DNA from: Asterionella formosa
Taxonomy: Eukaryota
Direction of reading: 5' to 3'
DNA: 45,224 bases
Assembly: GCA_002256025.1 (NCBI GenBank)
Contig: NKIB01014299.1
Coordinates: 1-45,224 of the forward strand
In this document: one piece after another, positions 36,956 through 45,224 of the stretch
Position numbering within the stretch: position 1 is the first letter of the stretch
Layout of the letters: each line of letters begins with the position of its first letter
Program-made: the position numbers and the translations under genes
The notes under the pieces: model-generated
The model's database searches: none
What the model was told of the DNA's origin: nothing
Seen by the model: the letters and a program-made list of their open reading frames with translations, nothing else

Positions 36956-37699
36956 TGTAAAAGTTGATAGATATAGTTAATAGTGGCAGACGGGGTAATG
37001 AAATTATGCAGGCAAGCAAAGGATATTTTTGTGTGAAGTCGTGTGATACTTTTCTATTTTGATCCGTCGTGGTACCTGGTACCAGGTACCTGTACCAGGT
37101 GCTATACTATACTTACTACCGTTCTCCCTGTACATTTTAATCCCATGATAATACATGTCAGCAGTACATACCGTATGGTAGCTACGGTAATAACTATGAA
37201 CTAAATGATGTCTCTATTATTCATTTTATACTACCAGGTACCGGGATACAAGAACTGTAAAATCATTCAATCATGTGAATTTTCCTGACCTGCTGGTTAC
37301 CTTGTACAATACCGAATACCAGTAGTACTGGTACTCCCATTGAGTGTAAAGAATTGCGTCACCAATTCTTAAAATTTCTCCAGGGCCATTTTCACTTAAC
37401 TACAGATCCATGCATAATACGTACTAGGTAGTAAATTTGAAATTGGCAAGCCTCACACTAATGCAATCAAACCATCACCAACACATAGGAAGAATGCTTT
37501 GAATCATGTGTTTAATGCTATCAGTTGTTTGCAATTGAATCGAAGGGATGGAATAGTACTCCAACATCGCAACTGCGGTGTCGCCTGATTTGAATGTGAA
37601 TGATTTATCTGTTTCCATACTTTGCAGGCTTATCAGTGGGATTCGGTTGAGGAGGCCAGGGACAATGTTGACTTGTTGATTGAGGCTGTTACTGTGGCA

Positions 37700-37860
37700 T
37701 ATCAAAGATAATCTTTGTCCAAGGAAGTTGAATTTGGTGTTTCTCACATTGCAGAGCTGTTCGGAAGAAATTTTATTGTGCCATGGCGGAAACAGTTACA
37801 AGATTCCACACAAGGGAAAGAATCATTACAGAGACAGGGATTGTTGTTACATATTCAATT
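37700..37860 (+). mobile_element. Tc1/mariner transposase C-terminal remnant
   Basis: KLNLVFLTLQSCSEEILLCHGGNSYKIPH matches the FLTLQSC--EI----GGN-YKIPH tail of plant/stramenopile mariner-like transposases. Confidence 0.65.
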
Positions 37861-38193
37861 AGAGGCGACCACGGAGCAGGCTAAAGTAGAATTTGCAATG
37901 GCATTCATGGAGGCTAATGGGGATGTGGATGTTGACAACAATGACGGAGTAATTGATTGATTTGTTTTCATTCTATGATCATAATGGGGTTTTGGCAGCC
38001 GACGCCCTAGTAGCTGCATAAGAACAAATCTACCTTCTCCACCTGTAATATATAGAATATAGAATGTTTTCTTCCAGGATGTCTATTCTTTTTACTTCTC
38101 GCAATAAAATTGATAAAGATTTGACTTCAAAAATTATTTGAATTGAAAATTATTTGAAAGTTGTAATTCTAAGTCTAAACGTGGTGTATTATG

Positions 38194-38550
38194 GTTTATA
38201 GCCTATTTGAACACCCTTATTTCTAGGCAAAAAGTCTTTTATTGTGCTACCAGTCCCACCTGCCAACAAGAACTGTGCTTCCCTAGTTTTGTTAGCGTAG
38301 GTGAGTCCTCAACCACCTTTCGCGAAATGTTATAATCTTAGCCGTGGCATTAGGGGAAACTCTGACCGCCTAGGAAGGCGGCTGCTTGTTGGGGGGCGAT
38401 CCACTATTTATTGCACACCAGGAAAGACCATGCGGGACGGTTAGGAGTGTGAAAGTTGAAACCAACAGCTGCTTCTTAAAAGAATTGTGGGAATCGAACC
38501 ACACAACCTCAAATCAAAGGTAATGTGCTTAAAAACTAAGCCATTCCCTT
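38194..38550 (-). repeat. tRNA-headed repeat, most complete copy (about 357 bp)
   Basis: Contains both halves contiguously (GACCGCCT-AGGAAGGCGG). Minus-strand head GGGAATGGCTTAG...GGTTCGATTCCC. Confidence 0.82.
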
Positions 38551-38619
38551 GTAATTATAAATCTATTTTCTCTATTTCCTTAAATTTTCGTTTGAAGAAC
38601 GCGTGTATCTTACTAGCCA

Positions 38620-39000
38620 AAAGGTATTCTAGTGTTAGCGATGGCATATCCTCAACCATTGTTACCACTTCTGAGTGCTCCTTAGGTAGCATGTAGAGTA
38701 AGTGAGATCATATTCATTTTCTAAGCAGAATCAATTGTTGCGATTAGATTGCTCAACAAGAACTTGAGATGATGAACCACTCATCTGGGTCTTGCGATTT
38801 CCACTTGAAGATTCACTTCTTGAACTTTCCTGACAGTTAGATTAGGTATCTTGTAACGTTAGGAATGTAGCAAGCCTTAAGTTGTTAGTAACTCCAAGCA
38901 AGGAATGCATCGTCGCTTGTCTTGGCTTGGTTAACTAAACCAAACGCAATCCCAGTGCAACTCATATCCACAAGCTGGCTGATATGCACAATCGTTCTTC
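38620..39000 (-). mobile_element. Copia gag remnant
   Basis: Fragments SCTGIAFGLVNQAKTSDDAFLAW, QDPDEWF and LPKEHSEVVTMVE occur in the order expected for a copia gag (UBN2-like) region. Confidence 0.55.
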
Positions 39001-40062
39001 AATTTTGATCTTGCTTCTTGACATCATCTTTGACCATGACAGTCACATAGACAGAATCGCGGCAAGGATTAGTATCCTTCTTCAGTAGGCACTCTTGAAG
39101 CTTCTCATCTTGGTTTGTGCAGTGTCTTCACACTCCACTCATGCCAGTTGGCGTCCTTGTCATTGAACTTTATGAGGTGAATGGTCTCACCTTTGTCTTC
39201 AGTCATGTTGCAAAACAAAGTTGATTGTAAGCATGTTAAATCTTCTGCAGTCTGATTGCAATGCTAGATCTTTCTTGACAAGCTCAGTGTACTAAAAACT
39301 TCTTCTGTTCTAATCCCACCTTAGCTAGTATTGTGAGCTTATTCCATCTATCCTCCTGAAATCAATCATTTGGCCAATTTTTAAGGTTCTTGTTGCAAAC
39401 ATGTATATGGATATTCATTGTTGAGTTAGACAACCAACTCTCAATTGACAACTCGAGTCCACATGCTTGTCGATTAGCTATATGTAAGGTTACATTTCCC
39501 GATCATCCATCCAAACAAAGAATATGCATATCACACATACCGGTATTTGTGGGACCAGGTTGACTACAAATCTGGTATGAAAGCTACAACAGATACCAGT
39601 ACTATAGTACCTGGTGGTACCTGGTACCAGGGTACCTGGAAGCGGTGGAACCTACGTAATTGTATGTGGGTCGGATAAAGAATGTCATGATAGGCAGATT
39701 GCAAAAAAATGCTCCGCAATTCCGGGTACCTGATAGTTTGCACTTAGCAGAGGAGGAGGCAGCTGCTAATGACAAGGACCAGGTCAACCCACTTTCATAG
39801 CCTGATGGTCATTATTTTTGAAACAGTCACCGGTATCTAAACGGAGTTCTCCCGTACCTTCTCATTTTGGTACAGAGTGCCAGGTAGAGTACTACTTATG
39901 TGTAATTCTTGTTCATTTGATTGTATACCGGTATAATAAACCGGGCATGTGCATGTTCTGTGAATGAAAAATGGAAACTTGATGTCACGTCCTCGTTTCA
40001 CAAGGTGTTTCTGTTCCTCAGTTTCCTCATTATCCAACTCTGTCAGTACATAAAAACTAAAC

Positions 40063-40440
40063 ATGAACAAACAATTAAAACTCCCTGTTCCGCCAATAAC
40101 GTACTACCCTCCTCCTCCAGAAGAACCTGAATGGAACAAAGAGAGACAGAGTGAGCATACACGTTCCCTGTGCATATATATTCTTCGTCTCGCGGTTTGG
40201 GTGGAATTCTGTCGATCTGAAATGTGGTTCGCAATTGATATGGGACTTCCGGTGGCTCCTTCTGAAGAATGGGACTCATTTCATGGTCAATCAGAGGAAT
40301 ACATCGGCGACCTTGTGAGAGTGCTGAGAGTGTGGGCAAGTGACCCCACTGAATTAAATGAAATTGATGTTGACGAACTTGCTATGATTCTCTTATCGCT
40401 TGCCAATCCAATTGTTTCCCGGCACAACGGTGAAACTTGA
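40063..40440 (+). CDS. Hypothetical 125-aa protein
   Basis: ATG-initiated ORF with gene-like composition and a GGTACC cluster upstream; no recognisable motif. Confidence 0.35.
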   Translation: MNKQLKLPVPPITYYPPPPEEPEWNKERQSEHTRSLCIYILRLAVWVEFCRSEMWFAIDMGLPVAPSEEWDSFHGQSEEYIGDLVRVLRVWASDPTELNEIDVDELAMILLSLANPIVSRHNGET

Positions 40441-40821
40441 AAAACGCCAAAATCTCGTGCTGGTCGACGACTTCAGCATTGAAGTTTTCTTGCTTGGAAG
40501 GAGCTTCAGGAGTCTCCACTCACAACGTGGATGCATCCACTCTCCTGGTGCAGCTTAGGTACGAAGACGTCCACGCCTCGAGGACATGACAAATGAATGC
40601 CAACGGAGTTATTATAGTGATGTCAGTATCATTGAAGCGAACATGACATGGCGCTCCGAGCCGCTATTATCATGTCATTATAGATGAGTGAAAAAACAAT
40701 ACAACTACAAAAATGTATACGATATACAGCAAACTAAACACAAAGCAATAAGCAACATTTATAGCAGATGGTCTGGTGGCGGCTATCCATGGTTTGCTAT
40801 GCAAAATATTACTCGCGCAAG

Positions 40822-41820
40822 CTACTGATCAAAGACGTTCAACCCTTTCTGGAATCGATAGGTGTCGCGCTCTGAGTCGTTCGCGGCAGTGCGCCATTCT
40901 TCCAAATAATTCGAACCAGCAGGAGGCAAAGGTTTACCTGCTAGTAAGGCTGCAATGTCATCTTGTATGTCATGTGGCAAGTATTTGCGTGGATATCGAC
41001 GCAGCGGGAGTCCTGTGGTTCCATCCACCAGAAACTTTTCAAAGTCCGCTTGAATTTTGCCCAAACCAGAAGGCGTTCGACAGCTACCCTCCAACCAACG
41101 CCAGAACGGATGAGCACCTGTCCCTAACAAATTCACCTTATCAGTGAGAATCGTCGCAGGATTAATGCCATATCCGTACTCTGATGCGAGCTTCAGGCGA
41201 ATCAGAGCCGACGTGTCTGGCTCGTAGTATCCCTGATCCGTTGGACAACAGATGACAGAAAATTCCCCGTTTCGACCGAACCTGCAGTTGAGAGACAATG
41301 GTGAGTGTGTATTGTGTGCATTGTGCACTTGTCATTGCAATTTGTCTGAAGGCTTTCTTCACACTTACTTGGAAGCCAGCGCAATCAATTCAGGGATATT
41401 CTTTCGAGCAATAGGATCATCCTGCTTAATATTAACGACCAAAATAGCCTTGACTATATCTTTTTGTACCAGTGAGCCAATGTTCGCACCTTCTCCAGCA
41501 ATGGGAAGTGAGAAATCGTAGATAGTCCTCGTGTCAGTAGATTTAAAGGTATTTTGTGACTGCGGTTGTTCCGATTCCATTGCCTGCGAAATCTTGGCAG
41601 CTCGGGCAGCTATAGATGTAAAATCATCTTCGCCATCCGCGAATACAACCTGGTTCACGGAAAGCCACGAAGCAGTGGAAACAGCAGCAGTGGTCAAGAA
41701 AGAACGCCGACCTTTGGTCGCTGGGAGAGCCGTGGACGGAGGCCTTGTGGATTTTGGAACCGACCATGCCGATACAAGTTGCAATGAGGCAACTAACAGG
41801 AAGGATACTGATAGCTTCAT
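40822..41820 (-). CDS. Glutathione-peroxidase-fold protein with plastid/thylakoid-lumen presequence, 2 exons (41820-41369, 41281-40822), about 303 aa
   Basis: TIYDFSL, ILVVN, DKVNLLG-GAHPFWRWL and FEKFLVD are GPX scaffold motifs. Signal peptide ends VSA-W; RRSFL twin-arginine; VFA-D cleavage site. 87-nt GTAAGT..GCAG intron. Confidence 0.85.
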
Positions 41821-42981
41821 TTGTTGTCAGCAGCTGATAAGCAAAACAACTTGATTCCTTCTCAGCAACGACTATTAATGCTCAAAGGTTGACAAACCGA
41901 CGCCTTGTTGACTTCATTTTTGGTACCAAGTAGAATAATATATACACGTATCTTACGACCGGGAAGATGTTGTGAAAATCTGGAGGCACAGGTATGTAGA
42001 TAGCGGTGATGGTTTGGATATCCGGGTATTTCTATTTTACTGCCGGTGCATGATAGTGAGTCGCCAGGTGGAAGCAAGAGAAGGTACCGGTATTTCTGGT
42101 TCTTCTTCGGCCGTCACTGTTACCAGGTACTGTATCTTAGTTACATATGGTTCCTGCTTTTGAACCCCTAGCTCGAGGTAGGGTTAAAAAATAATATTAA
42201 GTCAGAGTACAACCAAACACTTCTTACAAGGAAAATAAAAATGTATGTTGCTACACGAAGCTTTCACCAATATACACCCTTTCCATACCCCTAGATTCAG
42301 TCATTGATCAAAGTAGGGGTATACATCAATGTTATATATCACCTGCATTGAATGGACAGCAGAGTACTATGCCGCTTTCCTTTGACAATCATAGTAGTAC
42401 TAATGGCCACCACCACAATGATTGCAGACATTTCTTGTTCCTTGTTCCTTCTTGTTTCCTGATGCTCCCTTCTTAACACAAAACCAGAACCGTAGCTAAG
42501 TCTTACCTGATTTATTGTCTTGCCTTCCTTGTTTGAGTTTTTAACATTGTGCTGCATGTATTTTTCCATTTGTTTCCTGCCTCTTTTGTTTGAATTGCAC
42601 TTTGTTGGCTCCATCATCACTTTGTCGCTTTTCCTTTTGTCTCCAGATGGATTCTTGCAGTGGTGGTAACATCTGCATTCCACATTGCTTGTGTACATTT
42701 ATTGTGTATTGTGTTGCTCCTTGTGTGTGTTGCCCAGCAACTTAGAATTCCTTTGTTCTTCTCAGTCATCTGTTTTTTAAGCCTCCTGGATGCTCCTCCA
42801 AGATAAGATTTCAGTAGCCTCGTCCTCCATAGTCTAGTGAACTCCTTGTTATCCTATGTAATCTCATACAATCTTTCCATTTCTTTGCTTTCGTTGGACA
42901 ATGACACACTGCCATCATCGCCAGAATGGCTTTCATCATCAGACTGGTTTTCATTGCCATCATGAGATCCACAGTTGCAAC

Positions 42982-43146
42982 CTAGTTTATGGAAAACCAC
43001 TCAGCAGAAGAAGTTTTCAAGAACAAACTTCGACCTTGGATTGCTTTTAGAGCTGTCAACGGTGGTCTCGCGGATTTTGGAGCTGACCATGCTGATACAA
43101 GTTGGACAGTGGTGCTCATGGATATGAGGAGACCAGAAAGTCTCAT
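42982..43146 (-). pseudogene. Diverged copy of the GPX-like gene's targeting presequence (54 codons, then TAG)
   Basis: MRLSGLLISMSTTVQLVSAWSAPKSARPPLTALKAIQGRSLFLKTSSAEWFSIN* aligns with MKLSVSFLLVASLQLVSAWSVPKSTRPPSTALPATKGRRSFLTTAAVSTASWLSVNQ. Confidence 0.8.
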
Positions 43147-44041
43147 CGATTTTTCTTCCTCGACAGTTGAACAAAACGAGTGCTTTTGCTTCCCTGCGAG
43201 GCAATCATCATTCCAAGATCAATACCTTTGTTGTTGACTGCTACGTTCACGGAGGTAATCATACTATAAACATCTGACAGTTGCCATGTGGCCAGTTAAG
43301 CAAAATGACAGGGTGTTGATGGCGACAGAATCGAGATGTCCGAAAACTACCGGTAGGTTGTCTGAGGAGTGTCTTGGAATGGACAAAGATGACAGTATCA
43401 TTATAGAGGTCGAATGTGCAAACAAATATAGCTACCATTGGTAATTTTTGATGCCAAAAATTTGACACTTCAGCAAATGGAGCAAACAACTTAGTAAGCT
43501 ACCAGAGCACACACTGAATGCATCTGCTCCTATCAAGTTTGCCATTCATTATCGTACTTTGCTTCCATGTCCACTCTGGGAAGGATTTCGTCCTCTTCTT
43601 CAACTACAACTATTCATCTTCACAATTTTTTCCATTCCTTAAACAAACCATCTGTTGATGGTTGTACAATGGGTTTGGCCCCTGCTCTCATATTGGATGG
43701 AATGGAATGGTTAAGTGGGTGAGAATGCTTCACCTTCATCATTAACATTGATTGTTTGCCAATAGCTAATGCATCATCTAGTTCATGTTGGTCCTTGTGG
43801 ATCTCATCCAGCGAATCTTTGTTCCTCAGATTCTGTATTACTTTGCTGCAAGCGTTTTCGTGGTTTCAGCCCTAGGGAATGAATATTTTGAATAAACTTT
43901 CCAATATCCTTGATGAGTTTTTACAAGAAGATGGATGGGCCCAGAATAAAGTATCAAGTCAGAATGATGGCGGTTTGTGGTATGAATAGTTGTATATACA
44001 TGAGTGATATATAATAAAATACATATTTATACATGTATGGA

Positions 44042-44090
44042 GGAATGGCTTAGTGGTAAGCATCCCTTCGAGGTGGTGGGTTTGATCCCC
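44042..44090 (+). repeat. Isolated tRNA-like head related to the dispersed repeat
   Basis: GGAATGGCTTAGTGGTAAGCA...GAGGTGGTGGGTTTGATCCCC: A-box and B-box like, shorter spacer, different downstream sequence. Confidence 0.55.
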
Positions 44091-45224
44091 ATATTCTCCA
44101 CCTGCTTTGTTTTTCGAAACCCTAGGTTTCCAATAGGTGAGGCAGAAAACAACTGGCAGGCAGGTTTTGGCCCTTTGAAGGCCAAAGTGCGACTTCACAA
44201 TCTCAATGTCGAGTTCTTTACCAATAGCATACTATAAAATGTAATTAATATTGTTATACCTATATATTAAATGTATTTATATTAAACGTATATACTGTAT
44301 AATTCAGAAAACTAGGGTCGATTTTCGATACAGCAATTGCCAACCATCAGAAATATTTCGTCCGATGGAGTGCTGAGCAGCTACCAAATCTTACTGCATT
44401 TGGAGTCTTCCTGGTTGGATGTATTGTTGATTATTGGTTGTTGGGTTGGCATCATGTGCACAACAGGATCTTAATTTCGCATCCCTTGCTACCATTGGAG
44501 TACAAATCTTTGGTTCAAAATGGACTCGTCAACATAGAAGACTTCATGTACTTCTTACAGCGGTAATCAACAGTTTCAATGCAAAAACAAGTGACAATGC
44601 TGCAATTTTCGACACATGGAACGACTGCCTTCAAGTAATTGCTTGTGAATTCGACATTTAGAACCAAGACAATCTATTGTTTACCAAAATTCGAATGCAG
44701 GTGCTGAATCAACTTTTAGCGTTTATGTCCAATATGCAAATGGCAGAACGTGCAGTCAATGGGGGACTCTTTTTTCCAATAATGGTAAACAAGAAGAAGG
44801 TAAATATGCACAGTATCATCTAAGACGCCGTTTACGGCACTTTTTCAAATTTATGTCTAAAGTGACGTATTTATGCTACTTTTCTAAAATATTATGCTAC
44901 TTTTTTGGGAATTTATTTGGGTCAAACCAAAATTTATGTGTTCTAAAACAAAATTTATTCTACTTATCTAATAATTATGTGATCAAACCAATAATTATGT
45001 GAGTTCGCAACAATATTTTTTTCCAAGTAGCCCTCATAACGGTATAATGGCGAAATTACGCCACTTCACGGCAATATTATGCTGGTCTCACCACATAATT
45101 AAGTAAAGAGTACCTAATTTCGATTCAATTATTATTTTTTCCTCTATCACATTTTCCCTTGATATCGACTGCCAAAGAACAAACAGCACAAGCAGTTGTT
45201 GGCGCCGATATCCGCATCCACAAA

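Noticed and set aside
38480..38550. Functional tRNA gene
   Set aside because: A and B boxes are present, but I cannot form consistent acceptor and anticodon stems, and the copies are diverged and embedded in a longer repeat.
40822..41820. Selenoprotein GPX with UGA recoding
   Set aside because: No in-frame TGA at the catalytic position; the aligned residue is Asp.
44340..44830. Possible pseudogene fragment
   Set aside because: Coding-like composition, but interrupted and unassignable.

Overview
Eukaryotic genomic DNA, most likely a diatom. The evidence is short GT-AG introns with CTCAC branch points, a signal peptide plus Trp(+1) bipartite plastid presequence, and a diatom-type Ty1/copia element. 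Intact genes: a secreted alpha-carbonic anhydrase (963-2066), ATG13 (17987-19488, -), an SF-assemblin-like coiled-coil gene (two copies), a STE11/MEKK-type MAP3K (32539-35667), a DJ-1/PfpI Hsp31-like gene (36278-36955, -) and a plastid/lumen-targeted GPX-fold gene (40822-41820, -). Intergenic DNA is rich in transposon debris: a degenerate full-length copia with two LTRs (9204-16614), other copia and mariner remnants, and a multicopy tRNA-headed repeat. A near-identical 7,947-bp tandem duplication (18667-26613 / 26614-34560) breaks inside ATG13 and the MAP3K and creates two overlapping, convergent truncated chimeric genes. Most notable leads: (1) the carbonic anhydrase ends in a silaffin-type five-lysine KxxK cluster and has an internal RXL site, so it is a candidate silica-targeted CA; (2) the duplication junction chimeras; (3) the tRNA-headed structured repeat; (4) a copia with non-TG..CA termini and no canonical PBS; (5) a GPX lacking its catalytic tetrad, plus an orphan copy of its targeting presequence. 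All family assignments come from motif recognition by eye; no searches were run.
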